Counted from the stretch's first letter, positions 29,446 to 39,358 are shown. The stretch is 51,074 nucleotides of DNA from Coleofasciculus chthonoplastes F2-STO-03 (GCA_040222015.1 JAVJWO010000111.1:1-51074), one strand, 5' to 3'. Translations and numbers: made by a program. Notes: generated from the sequence alone by a model not told the origin.

Positions 29446-30333
29446 TCAAGCCGTAACTTTAAGCAAATCAGAACATTCTTGTGAAATTATCTGAAAAAGC
29501 TTTTGTTGAATGACCACAAACTCTGAAAAACCTTGTAAAGCCCATTGTTGAATTTGCTGATGTGACTCCGGTCTATATTTTGCCACTAAATCAAGGGCTT
29601 CAAGCGCAAGCTGAAAATGTTCATCTTCGACCCCAACACCCTGATGTTTACCGTGAATTACAATCCAATACCAAGGACTAAACTGACCTTGATCAACTTC
29701 AACTTTGCCATTGATTTGACAAAGGTAAGTATCAAAACCCCGATTACGGTTGTCGTATCTGACAACTCTATCAATAATCGAGTATTCACGATTAGCAAGC
29801 ATTTCCGATGCTGCATGAAATCCCATGGCGCGAATTAGTTCAATAACATTATTAGGTTCCCCTTTATATCCTTGAATCGTCTTATCTAAAATTTCTCGCA
29901 TCCAATCTGGGAGGATCGAAAAAGTGTTTCGCTCGTTCACCGTTAGACCAGCATAATCACCTATAGATTTTAGTGTTGCTTGCGCTAAAGTACGATGGGG
30001 TACAAATCTAGCACCTTTATCAGAGTGTTCATCAATGGTTGCCGCGAATACTTTTGCTGCAATTTCTAATCCTCGGTCTGCTTCGTCGACAACAGGAGTT
30101 GAAAAACTATTAAACAGATGACGAGACAAGCCAATTGAACTAGCTAAAAGAGCGACTAAACTCCCTGCATAGCCGTTAAAATGAGTATATCGCTGCATAA
30201 ATAAGTACAGGCACTTCGGATGTTGTACTGCTAATTTTAAAGCTATTTCTACAGATTTATCAATCTGATAAACATCAAATAAATTATCAATTTGGTTGCT
30301 GGACAAAACAGGATGAATACAGGAAATACTCAT
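29446..30333 (-). CDS. Putative heme-oxygenase-like dimetal oxidase (iron-containing redox enzyme)
   Basis: Helical protein with IDEH..PH, FHAASE and IH..VEDEH spaced like HDO metal ligands. AT-rich. Confidence 0.6.
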   Translation of the reverse strand: MSISCIHPVLSSNQIDNLFDVYQIDKSVEIALKLAVQHPKCLYLFMQRYTHFNGYAGSLVALLASSIGLSRHLFNSFSTPVVDEADRGLEIAAKVFAATIDEHSDKGARFVPHRTLAQATLKSIGDYAGLTVNERNTFSILPDWMREILDKTIQGYKGEPNNVIELIRAMGFHAASEMLANREYSIIDRVVRYDNRNRGFDTYLCQINGKVEVDQGQFSPWYWIVIHGKHQGVGVEDEHFQLALEALDLVAKYRPESHQQIQQWALQGFSEFVVIQQKLFQIISQECSDLLKVTA

Positions 30334-30546
30334 AATTCAAAGAAGGTGGTTTTTGGCTATCTAACGGAAGTTTGCCACATTGCCACAAGACATTGCCACA
30401 AGTGACGATCTATAGTTAAATACCAACTGCTGTACAAAGCAAGTGATCGGTATCACAGAGCTACCGGAGGGTTATCACTTTCAGTTTGCAAAATTTGAGG
30501 AAAATTAACATAACTTGACTTGAGCGATGTTATGCGGTAGCTATCT

Positions 30547-31380
30547 ATGCAATCTCCTATTCTTCTTCCGGGCGCTCTCTCGGAACTCTTTGCCCAAGCA
30601 ACCAGTTCGGGTTACATGACGAAAGCTGACCGCTATGGACTGATGGCAGCGATTTTAGGCGAAGATCTCAGTACAGACGAGAAATGCGTGATCGATCGCC
30701 TACTGCGGGCGGTACGGCGAGGACGGCTACATTTGGCAGATGAACTGTCTGCTGTGCTGACGGATTCCCATCTGTCTTTCTCAGCGCTGGTTTTAGCGGG
30801 CGGACAAAGTTCTCGCATGGGTCAGGACAAAGCCTTGATTCCGATCAAGGGTATGCCTTTACTGAGACAGGTCTGTACCATTGCCCTTAAATGTACTCGT
30901 GACGTTTTCGTAGTCACTCCTTGGCCCGAACGATATCGAGATATTCTACCAAAACATTGCCATCTGCTCCAAGAAATGCTCATCCTGGGAGAGGCTCAAT
31001 CTCATGGTCCTTTGGTCGCTTTTGCTCAAGGATTGACTCAAGTGAAACGGGATTGGGTGCTTCTACTCGCTTGTGACTTGCCCCAACTTCAAGTTGAAGT
31101 GTTGCAAAGTTGGGCGAATCACTTGACAAATACTCCTAAAAATGTAATCGCATTGCTGCCCCGAAGTCCTAAAGGATGGGAACCTTTGTGTGGCTTTTAT
31201 CGACGCCAATGTTTACCCCAATTGATTGATTATATTAATCAGGGGGGGCGATCCTTTCAACAATGGCTGGCACAGCATCCTGTCCAAGAACTTCCGGTTC
31301 GCGATCGCCAGGTTTTATTTAATTGTAATACACCCGAAGATTTGCATGTTGTCAATTATTCATTAAAGCCGAGGGTATAG
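30547..31380 (+). CDS. mobA: Molybdenum cofactor guanylyltransferase with an extra ~70-aa N-terminal domain
   Basis: LVLAGGQSSRMGQDKAL, GPL, LLACDLP, WEPLCGFY and FNCNTPED. Confidence 0.9.
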   Translation: MQSPILLPGALSELFAQATSSGYMTKADRYGLMAAILGEDLSTDEKCVIDRLLRAVRRGRLHLADELSAVLTDSHLSFSALVLAGGQSSRMGQDKALIPIKGMPLLRQVCTIALKCTRDVFVVTPWPERYRDILPKHCHLLQEMLILGEAQSHGPLVAFAQGLTQVKRDWVLLLACDLPQLQVEVLQSWANHLTNTPKNVIALLPRSPKGWEPLCGFYRRQCLPQLIDYINQGGRSFQQWLAQHPVQELPVRDRQVLFNCNTPEDLHVVNYSLKPRV

Positions 31381-31462
31381 GTCAGTTTTTTTACTGTTCC
31401 CTGTTAAGCAGTTCCCTGTTAAGCAGTTCCCTCCCCTCACCACAAAACTTATTCAGCAGACC

Positions 31463-33022
31463 CTAACTATTGACATAAAGTCGTTTGTATGAATCAAGCT
31501 GACTCCTCGGTAAACTAACAGTGACTGTAGTACCTTGATTCAGTGTGCTGTCTATGTGAATCTGACCATGATGATTGTCTACAATAGCTTTAGAGATCGC
31601 TAACCCTAATCCAGAACCTGCCGCCGCATCTTTAGTTCTGGCGGGATCGATGCGATAGAAGCGATCAAATATCAGCGGTAATGCGGTTTCGGGAATCCCA
31701 ATACCATTGTCGCGGACTTGAACTTGAATCCAGAAAGAACCCTGTCGTCCACCTTTACTAGGACGCTGGACTAATTCGAGTTTCACCTGCACCCACCCTT
31801 CCTCGTCTTTGTCTGTTTTGGGTTGAGTATATTGCACCGCATTACTGACGAGATTGGTGAATAAACGCGCTAACTGATTCCAGTCGCCGAGAAGAGTGAA
31901 TGGTTCGTCATATAAGGGTTGTAGGGGGGGCTGGGAAGCGCTAAAGCGCTTACTACGAACGGTAAATGCTTTGTCATCTAAAGGTTGTAGGGGAGGCTGG
32001 GAAGCGCTAAAGCGCTTACTACGAACGGTGCGATCGCGTGCGTCTGATTCAGAGGTGGAATCAACTGATAATTCAGCACTTGTATCGTTAGATTTTAAAT
32101 CAAAATCAGGGCTTTCTGGCAAATGCAGCGACAGAAAAATACCCTTTTGATCAGCAATTAACTGTTGTTCTTCAATCACTTCCATCAGCAACGCATCTAG
32201 GGGGACAGGTTGCCATTCGGGTTGTACCATACCACTATCAACCCGCGCCAAAAATAGTAAATCATTCACCAATCGTCCCAAGCGCTGAGTTAATCGTTCC
32301 ACTACTTTAAGTTGGTGACGTTGCCATTGCGGTTCCATATCTGGATCAGCTAACGCCACTTGCACATTAGTTTGAATCGTGGCGATGGGATTTCTTAACT
32401 CGTGGGAAGCATCAGCGGTAAACTGTTTTAACCGTTGGTAGGAGTCGCGCACGGGTTTCATCGCGAGTTCGGAGAGTAACCAACCAATCGCGGCGGTGGA
32501 GAAAATCATTAGCGTTGTTCCCACCGTTAAATCGACGATTAACTGGCGGATAGGTTTAGTGACTTCAAACCAGGGATGACTCACCCGCAAATAGCCTAAA
32601 ACATATCGTCCCAGTTCGACTCGCTTGGTGAACTGACGCAGCAGGTGATCCGGGGATAGATGGACAGTTTCTGCTGTTTGTCGGGGATGCAGAGGAATAT
32701 CCAGGGGTTCTGATAGAGTAGACCAGAGTAACTCACCCGTAGGACTAAACCATTCTAAGTCAATGTGGTCATCTTCTACTGCTTGGGTATTATCGCGAAA
32801 ACTGGCTTCTACGTTAATCTGATAAGGAGTAACCGTTCCCTCAGTTGGCTGAATCACCAGAGAGCGATCGACAACTTCCACCACATGCTTTAAGGTATCA
32901 TCCACCCGTTCAATTAAGGTGCTGCGAACGTATAAGTAAACCCCTGTGGCGAATAGTAATAATAAGATAGCCGTAACCGTTGTATACCAAAGTGCCAGAC
33001 GGCGGCGAGTAGCTTGAAACAT
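31463..33022 (-). CDS. Membrane sensor histidine kinase (possibly ManS/Hik27-like)
   Basis: Two TMs, H-box FTADASHELRNP, N-box NLVSNAVQYT, DNGIGIP, FDRFYR and GSGLGLAI. Confidence 0.92.
   Translation of the reverse strand: MFQATRRRLALWYTTVTAILLLLFATGVYLYVRSTLIERVDDTLKHVVEVVDRSLVIQPTEGTVTPYQINVEASFRDNTQAVEDDHIDLEWFSPTGELLWSTLSEPLDIPLHPRQTAETVHLSPDHLLRQFTKRVELGRYVLGYLRVSHPWFEVTKPIRQLIVDLTVGTTLMIFSTAAIGWLLSELAMKPVRDSYQRLKQFTADASHELRNPIATIQTNVQVALADPDMEPQWQRHQLKVVERLTQRLGRLVNDLLFLARVDSGMVQPEWQPVPLDALLMEVIEEQQLIADQKGIFLSLHLPESPDFDLKSNDTSAELSVDSTSESDARDRTVRSKRFSASQPPLQPLDDKAFTVRSKRFSASQPPLQPLYDEPFTLLGDWNQLARLFTNLVSNAVQYTQPKTDKDEEGWVQVKLELVQRPSKGGRQGSFWIQVQVRDNGIGIPETALPLIFDRFYRIDPARTKDAAAGSGLGLAISKAIVDNHHGQIHIDSTLNQGTTVTVSLPRSQLDSYKRLYVNS
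31917..32029. repeat. 66-bp-period in-frame duplication containing the palindrome AAGCGCTAAAGCGCTTACTAC
   Basis: Encodes TVRSKRFSASQPPLQPL twice and abuts a HIP1 site at 32030-32037. Confidence 0.93.
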
Positions 33023-33026
33023 TGTA

Positions 33027-33149
33027 TAAGTCGTCGGAACAATAAAAGTTGATGGTGAGGATTAGGGAACAGGGAACAGGTAACAGTAAGAGTCTGATAA
33101 ATATTTACAGAGCTTAACATAGTTCGGTTTATTTCCATCAACCTACTTA
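33027..33149. mobile_element. Second copy of the ~124-bp MITE-like family
   Basis: TAAGTCGTCGGAACAATAAAAGTT..ATTAGGGAACAGGGAACAGG..CCTACTTA, colinear with 796-919. Confidence 0.7.
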
Positions 33150-33242
33150 GATGAACAATTTAATCTCTCCATACCAAATGCCGCTGCGCGTCAAAGGTAA
33201 TTTTTCCTTGCTGCTGTAACTGACTGAACAGTCGAGTAATGG

Positions 33243-33452
33243 TTACTCTAGTTGTGCAACAGGCGTTCGCAATTCCATCGCCACTTGCAGTTCTTCTGAA
33301 GCCATACCGAGTTCTTTAAAGGCTGAGGATAGTAGGTGGGATTTGTCGTTTGCAGTATTGACACAGTGGTAAAGCCGATCTAAACGTCCTTGTAATGCCT
33401 CAAATTGCTGCATAAACTGCTTCAAGTCACTGTCAAACGTCCCAGCACTCAT
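33243..33452 (-). pseudogene. Probable truncated N-terminal coiled-coil of a PAS-type signalling protein
   Basis: AFKELGMASEELQVAMEL resembles the leader of cyanobacterial PAS regulators, but the ORF stops right after it. Confidence 0.45.
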
Positions 33453-33790
33453 TTTTCTGTGTAAATATTCACCCATAGATAGATTTTCAAGTGTCTTATA
33501 CAGTGTTGGGAAAGGATGAATGGATTGTGCCCTGCAAATACGTCTGTATTCACGGTAACAAAGCAACTTTACATAAGTCCCTATCTTTAGACAGATGTAA
33601 GAGTATGGTGGAAATTAATATGCTGCTATATGTCAGTAAAGTTAGAGGTTTCAGCGTCATACCGACCAACAAGACAGAAGCCGAGGAGAGGGTTCTAGGT
33701 TTATTCCAATTCAACCTCTATCCATCTAACACTGCTAACCTCCCTGCTGACTCATCGCTACTTCAGACGCCCTTTACAGATAGAATAGAT

Positions 33791-34069
33791 ATGAATTCAC
33801 CAACCACTTCTAATCCAACAGCTTCCGCCCCTAAACCCAGCCAAAATATATCTAATTTCCAAAGTCTCTGCTGTTATACCAATCACACTAGCCATATTCA
33901 AATTATCCGACTTGTGAATAAAACCCATACCAATTGGCAACGAGTTATTTTTCCCGGCGAGCGTTTTTTGTTTGAACCTGACTCAGAATCTAACTTAGAA
34001 CTCCTTGTGAATGAAGGTATTTCTTCTCTGGTTAATTGCCAAAAATTACTGGTAAATCTGTCAGTTTAG
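33791..34069 (+). CDS. DUF1830-family small protein
   Basis: CCYTNHTSHIQIIRL..WQRVIFPGERFLFE..LEL. The ATG at 33791 is preferred over the longer ORF start. Confidence 0.75.
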   Translation: MNSPTTSNPTASAPKPSQNISNFQSLCCYTNHTSHIQIIRLVNKTHTNWQRVIFPGERFLFEPDSESNLELLVNEGISSLVNCQKLLVNLSV

Positions 34070-34124
34070 CAAAGGGTGTAAGGTGATAATTTTAAGGTGA
34101 TTTTTGCTGTTTGATTGGCGCAGG

Positions 34125-34223
34125 AAGCTGTTCGGCATTTAAACCATAATGTCAAGAATTCCGAAATCCTTGTAGCGAGCATCTTGCTCGCGACCCATTC
34201 CGAATTTAAATGTGTGACAGCTT
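34125..34223. mobile_element. 99-bp MITE-like element (AAGCTGT-N4-CATTTAAA / TTTAAATG-N4-ACAGCTT) with inner GTAGCGAGC..GCTCGC hairpin
   Basis: The TIRs are visible and the right half is homologous to 114-150. Confidence 0.75.
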
Positions 34224-34255
34224 AAACACTATCTCTAAAAAAGGAGACCATTATC

Positions 34256-34645
34256 ATGTCAGAGAAAATTGTTAATTTAACCTGTATGCTTGTCATTCAA
34301 GAAGTCAAAGATATCTTGGCAACTTATCCAGAGACTCCTTATCAAGAGGCTTTTACTCAGGCAGAATTATTTAACCAGCTCATTAATCAGGTATTAATTC
34401 AAATTCCGGATCAATCCTATACTATCCTGTACGAATCTGAAAAACTCCCCAAAAACCTTAGACGCTTTTACTCCTCCCTAGAAGAGCGAATGATGGTCGA
34501 ACAACTGATTCATCAGACTATTATTGTTCTAATGAATGGAAACGCAGAGAAAAAAACGTTACATTCCCCTGCGTCAGAAGATAACTCTTCTGCTAATGCA
34601 CCGATAAATTCCAACAAAAAACTCTATAGTTGGTTTGGCTATTAG
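34256..34645 (+). CDS. Hypothetical cyanobacterial protein
   Basis: 129-aa ORF with strong RBS AAAGGAG and motif IVNLT..VIQEV..L..YPETPYQEAF. Confidence 0.7.
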   Translation: MSEKIVNLTCMLVIQEVKDILATYPETPYQEAFTQAELFNQLINQVLIQIPDQSYTILYESEKLPKNLRRFYSSLEERMMVEQLIHQTIIVLMNGNAEKKTLHSPASEDNSSANAPINSNKKLYSWFGY

Positions 34646-34840
34646 GGTTTTGATATCAGGATACAGCACAGGACTTAATATTATGTCGGGCTGGATACTT
34701 ACACGGAGTACCTGGACATAAATTTTGTCCGCCAAACACTCCGGGTCAGAGTCCGATGAAAAATTTGGATGATACAATAGTCGCCAACGCCAAGTCATGT
34801 CTGTTTTGGCTGAGTCACTTGAGGAGTCCCCCTTCACCTG

Positions 34841-35893
34841 ATGTCAAGACGAACGGCGAACCCGGCTAATGTATTCAATCGAATGCCCGGACGCGCTTAT
34901 CTGTTGATTGCGATTGTGATTTTCGCGTCAGCCAATGCGGTAATCCGGATGTTAACAAATTTGGGAGCTCAAAATCTAATCGATGGCAGAAATCCCATCT
35001 CGTTCTGTAATGTTCTGTTTGCAGGAAATCTTTGTGCCTTAATCGCCCTCATCTTAATCCATGGAAAACAATGGAATCTTGAGTCGCTAAAACGTCTCTC
35101 AGCGACAGATTGGCTGGGATTGACGGGGGTGGCAATACTGTCCGGGGCATTAGCTCCGGCTTTAACATTTATGGCACTGGATTTGACAATGGTCAATAAT
35201 GTGGTGCTGATTGGGCGCATTGAATCGCCCCTGATTCTGGCGTTATCCATACTCTTGCTGGGAGAACGGGTGAATAAGTGGGTGATAGCGGGTGCAGTTG
35301 TTTCGTTCATTGGCGTTTCTCTCACTGTATTACTTCAGACTCCCGCCACCGATATGGTGAATATGGGGAAATTCCAAATTGGCACCGGTGAATTATTTGC
35401 CGCAGGCGGTGCCGTGGCGTTAGCTTTCTCCACGATTATTAGTAAGGTAAAGTTACGTCAGATTCCCTTGGGTATTTTCAGCATCTATCGCATGGCAATG
35501 GCAACCGTAGTGTTCTTTGTTGTTGTTCTGATGCTGTTTGAACCCAATCATTTTATGGATGTGTTTTCGCCCTTTCTCTGGCAATGGATGTTGATTTACG
35601 GCATGGTGATTGTCGTCGGGGGTCAACTTTGTTGGTTTAGGGGATTAAAGACAACAGGTGCAGCGGATGTTTCCTTAGCTAGTTCGTTTAGCCCCATTGC
35701 TGGCATTTTAGCGGCATATTTTATCTTGGGAGAAGCACCAACCATGGCGCAATATATCGGTGGGGCGGTGATTATTGGCGGTATTATTCTGAATCAGATT
35801 GGCGTGTTTCGCAAAATGGCTGAAACGGTTACGCCAACTCCTGTGAATTCGGATAAGGAAGCGGATATGGAGGTGGGCTTTAAAGGGGTTTGA
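34841..35893 (+). CDS. EamA/DMT-family transporter
   Basis: About 10 TMs in two repeats, GRNPISFCNVLF, LLLGER and FILGEAP. Confidence 0.88.
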   Translation: MSRRTANPANVFNRMPGRAYLLIAIVIFASANAVIRMLTNLGAQNLIDGRNPISFCNVLFAGNLCALIALILIHGKQWNLESLKRLSATDWLGLTGVAILSGALAPALTFMALDLTMVNNVVLIGRIESPLILALSILLLGERVNKWVIAGAVVSFIGVSLTVLLQTPATDMVNMGKFQIGTGELFAAGGAVALAFSTIISKVKLRQIPLGIFSIYRMAMATVVFFVVVLMLFEPNHFMDVFSPFLWQWMLIYGMVIVVGGQLCWFRGLKTTGAADVSLASSFSPIAGILAAYFILGEAPTMAQYIGGAVIIGGIILNQIGVFRKMAETVTPTPVNSDKEADMEVGFKGV

Positions 35894-35902
35894 ACCACCA
35901 GT

Positions 35903-36042
35903 TAGGCGATAGGCGATAGGCGATTGAAATCGCTGCTACACAAACTTGCGTCCGCCTGCGCGGACTGGGTTATAACGGGGGTAGTTAACCCGGATTTAGC
36001 TTGTTCGGCTCCAAGATATACCGTAGGGTGGGCACTGCCCAC
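35903..36042. repeat. Cluster of short dispersed and REP-like repeats
   Basis: TAGGCGA x3, GCGATTGAAATCGC, GTCCGCCTGCGCGGAC and GTAGGGTGGGCACTGCCCACC. Confidence 0.7.
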
Positions 36043-36294
36043 CAGCCTTAAGTCAGTACCATTCGTCTTAGCTTAGACTATAGGAATAATCAGGAATTTA
36101 AATCATTTCCTGGGAAATGCTCTCTTCAGCCCTCTCTGCCGCTATTACAAAGGATGTAACGCCACCTCAGAAAGTTTGTCAAGTCGTAATACCTCGGCTA
36201 AATCCCAATTGACCTAGAGTTGCAGTTTAAGTTTTATTACAATTAGAATAATTGCTTTGAACAATTGTTAATTCATTGCTGCCCTACTTCCTGC

Positions 36295-36795
36295 ATGATG
36301 CTGATTACAAACCAACTGCCAACCGCAACTCTTGAACTCAAGCCAGCCGTTAACCAAGCGTTTAACGACTTCCAGCGCCTGCCTGTTGATGATCAGTTGG
36401 GGCTGCTATGGGGGATGTACCAAAACCTGGGCTGTTCTCTAGCGCCAACACCTGTCGGTGCCGCACGGTTATTTTTGACCCAAGGGTTGCTGCATCGGAT
36501 CAAGCAAATGCCTGCTGCTGAACAGTTAACGGCGATGCAGGACTTATTAAAGAGGACAGATACGCCCACCAGTCATCAGTACGGATTGTTCACGCTGAAA
36601 ACCAAACTAGCGTTTTGGACTCAGCTATTTGATTGGATGTCCACAGGTGAGGTGAGTCCAGTGGTAATCGCTTCTCCGCTTTCATCCTCAGCCACAACCC
36701 TGTTGAGAGCGATCGCGTTATGGGAACTGAATGAGCAAATTTCCCTATTCCACTCGATCATTGACCAGATGGGTGTTGCTCCTTTAGCTGCTTAA
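36295..36795 (+). CDS. Helical carotenoid protein (stand-alone OCP N-terminal domain homolog)
   Basis: DDQLGLLW, GAAR..GLLHRIKQM..EQL.AMQDL..DTP..YG..TKLAFW and C-terminal MGVAPL. Confidence 0.85.
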   Translation: MMLITNQLPTATLELKPAVNQAFNDFQRLPVDDQLGLLWGMYQNLGCSLAPTPVGAARLFLTQGLLHRIKQMPAAEQLTAMQDLLKRTDTPTSHQYGLFTLKTKLAFWTQLFDWMSTGEVSPVVIASPLSSSATTLLRAIALWELNEQISLFHSIIDQMGVAPLAA

Positions 36796-36816
36796 ATATG
36801 GCGGTTGGGTACAAAA

Positions 36817-37131
36817 TCAAACTTCAACCTCTAAAAGCCCAACTGTTACAGCAGCAAAGGCAAAGGCTACACCCAAAGGCATAGGTGACTGGAAATAAAC
36901 GGTCAATATTGCGGCAACAACAGTAACCAACATTGCTCCAATTGACCACCCTTTTTCTTCGCCACTCCAGCCTTTTTCCGCTTTAATCCATTTCAAGGCG
37001 TCCGTCGGTAGTGGTTCTGGAATTACAGCGCCCGGTGGGAACGCCCAATAGTTATTGCGCTCAACATATAAGTCTGTCCAGCCGTTCTCGTAGCACCATT
37101 CGTTTAACCAAGCTTCACAGAAATGTTTCAT
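36817..37131 (-). CDS. Conserved hypothetical membrane protein
   Basis: EWCYENGWTDL..YWAFPPGAVIPEP plus two C-terminal TMs. Confidence 0.75.
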   Translation of the reverse strand: MKHFCEAWLNEWCYENGWTDLYVERNNYWAFPPGAVIPEPLPTDALKWIKAEKGWSGEEKGWSIGAMLVTVVAAILTVYFQSPMPLGVAFAFAAVTVGLLEVEV

Positions 37132-37266
37132 CGGTTTTGTTAAAATGTGTTAAATTAATCTACCTTAAAGCCTCAATAAGATTAGCAAATCTTTTTCGAG
37201 ACTAAAAGAGGAATAAATACCTAATTTGTCCTTTGTTGTTGGTCAATGAGGGGGTTGGCTTGGATC

Positions 37267-38445
37267 TCAGGACAAAATAGTTTGTAATCCTTGGACTAAG
37301 CGTTCAATACCCTCGGCGACTGTTTCTTTTTGTAGCGCCCCATAAGCAATTCGCAAATAGCAGCCCTCTTCCATACCAAAGGTTGTACCGGGTAACACGG
37401 CGACGCGATGATCGCGAATCAAGCGTTCGACTAACTCGACTGGGTTGATTGAGGTATTTACCTTAAGCCAGAAATAAAACGCGCCATCGGCTGGGGCGAT
37501 CGCACATAATCCATCCAATCGCTGCAACGCCTCTAATATCAACTGTCGCACCGTCGCGATCGCCTGAATGTGGGGTTGGGTATAACTCAATCCCATCTCT
37601 AAGGCGGCTAAGGCGACATACTGAGAGACAACCGGGGGACAGATCAGAATCGTATCCTGAATTTTCTTGACCGCTGCCAGCAGATGCTGGGGAATTACCA
37701 TATAGCCAATGCGCCAACTGGCAAATCCGTAGGTTTTAGACAGGGAATACAGGGAAATCGTATGGGAGTCACTCTGGGGAAAAGCCGCCGGCGAAACGTG
37801 CTTGACGCCGTTATAGGTAAAATACTCATAAGCTTCATCACTAATGTGATAAATTCCTCGTTCCCGACAGAGTTGATTCACCGCCTGTAACGCGGCTTTT
37901 GAATAAACCGCCCCGGTGGGATTATTCGGCGAAATGGTGACTACGGCTTTGGTTTTCTCGGTGATGGCGTTGGCGATCGCCTGGGGACGCAGTTGATAAT
38001 TCTCATCCGTTGCCACAAGTACCGGATGACAACTCGCCATGGTAATTGCCATTTCGTGGTTGAAATAGTAAGGCGTTTGAATAATAATCTCGTCTCCGGG
38101 AGAGGTAATGGCAAGAATGGCATTCATAAACGCCATGTTTGCGCCTGCGGTGACGACGATACAGTTGTGTTGGTTGAGGGTAATTCCGTTATCTGTGTGT
38201 AGTTTGGCGTTAATTGCAGATAATAATGGTGTAATTCCCTGAACTGCCTTGTACTTGTGGTTATCAGGATCAGCCAGAAATTCCGGCAATCGTGCGATCG
38301 CTTCTGGTGGGGGAGGGTAATACACGACACCCTGTCCCAAGGAAATCGTACCCGGATGACGGCGAATCAGTTCCCCAACAATGGGAATCACGGGTGACTG
38401 CACCGCTTCCATGCGAGAAGTTCTATCATGTTTGGTTGAGTACAT
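37267..38445 (-). CDS. PLP-dependent aminotransferase class I/II
   Basis: ISLGQG, SPNNPTG, ISDEAYEYF and SLSKTYGFASWRIGY. Start placed at ATG 38445 because the longer ORF runs into a REP. Confidence 0.9.
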   Translation of the reverse strand: MYSTKHDRTSRMEAVQSPVIPIVGELIRRHPGTISLGQGVVYYPPPPEAIARLPEFLADPDNHKYKAVQGITPLLSAINAKLHTDNGITLNQHNCIVVTAGANMAFMNAILAITSPGDEIIIQTPYYFNHEMAITMASCHPVLVATDENYQLRPQAIANAITEKTKAVVTISPNNPTGAVYSKAALQAVNQLCRERGIYHISDEAYEYFTYNGVKHVSPAAFPQSDSHTISLYSLSKTYGFASWRIGYMVIPQHLLAAVKKIQDTILICPPVVSQYVALAALEMGLSYTQPHIQAIATVRQLILEALQRLDGLCAIAPADGAFYFWLKVNTSINPVELVERLIRDHRVAVLPGTTFGMEEGCYLRIAYGALQKETVAEGIERLVQGLQTILS

Positions 38446-38579
38446 AGACTTGGGCAGAAATAAAGCAGGAAGATCCAGGGTAGAAGGTAGAAGAAAGGAG
38501 TAGCGCACGTCGGTTTGGAAGGGCGCACGCCAGTGCACCCCTACGGAATTCGGGTATTTATATGAAAATCAGCCCGGAA

Positions 38580-39296
38580 CTACATAAAACTCGGTTGATG
38601 GCGAATCAAATTGAGAAACTCTTCACGAGTTTTCTGTTCCTCTTGGAACACACCCACCATGGCGCTAGTTACTGTCCAGGAACCGGGTTTCTGTACCCCC
38701 CGCATAACCATACACATGTGAGTGGCTTCCATGACTACAGCCACTCCCTGGGGTTCTAAAATAGTTTGAATGGCTTCGGCAATCTGACGGGTTAGGCGTT
38801 CCTGAACTTGTAGCCGCCGTGCATACATTTCCACAACACGGGCTAACTTACTCAGTCCCACAACTTTCTGGTTGGGAATATAAGCAACGTGTGCCCGTCC
38901 CATAAATGGCAGCATGTGGTGTTCACACAGGCTAAAGAAATTAATATCCCGCACTAACACCATTTCATTGTGACCTTCATCAAAAATCGCCCCATTCACT
39001 AATTCTTCCAGGGACTGATTGTAGCCACCGGTCAAGAAGCGCATGGCTTCCGCGACTCGTTTTGGGGTTTTCAGTAATCCCTCACGTTCAGGATCTTCGC
39101 CAACGCCTAAAAGTAGCGTCCGCACGGCGTCCATCATGTCTTCGGTTGAGGCGTCTCCAGGAAGCCGCAGATTGGGTTGCTTACCATTTTGGGTATTGCG
39201 ATCGGGGCGGGTTTCTACTTGAGTGGTGGAGGTGTTACGAGTCACGGGTGTCATAGAGTCAGAGCGATTCAAACCATTGGAGGAAGCAATAGTCAT
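38580..39296 (-). CDS. folE: GTP cyclohydrolase I
   Basis: [40 protein letters not shown] and HMCMVMRGV. Start at MTIAS. Confidence 0.95.
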   Translation of the reverse strand: MTIASSNGLNRSDSMTPVTRNTSTTQVETRPDRNTQNGKQPNLRLPGDASTEDMMDAVRTLLLGVGEDPEREGLLKTPKRVAEAMRFLTGGYNQSLEELVNGAIFDEGHNEMVLVRDINFFSLCEHHMLPFMGRAHVAYIPNQKVVGLSKLARVVEMYARRLQVQERLTRQIAEAIQTILEPQGVAVVMEATHMCMVMRGVQKPGSWTVTSAMVGVFQEEQKTREEFLNLIRHQPSFM

Positions 39297-39358
39297 AATT
39301 GGGTAGTATTGATAATCTTGACAAGGTTGGATGGGAGGGAGGGTCGGATGGTGCCCTT

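Noticed and set aside
33491..33790. N-terminal 100 aa of the 192-aa ORF
   Set aside because: It overlaps an opposite-strand ORF and looks like promoter/UTR sequence. The DUF1830-like part starts at 33791.
38446..38538. N-terminal extension of the aminotransferase ORF
   Set aside because: It runs through a REP-like hairpin (GGGCGCAC..GTGCACCCCTAC). Family-like sequence starts near 38445.
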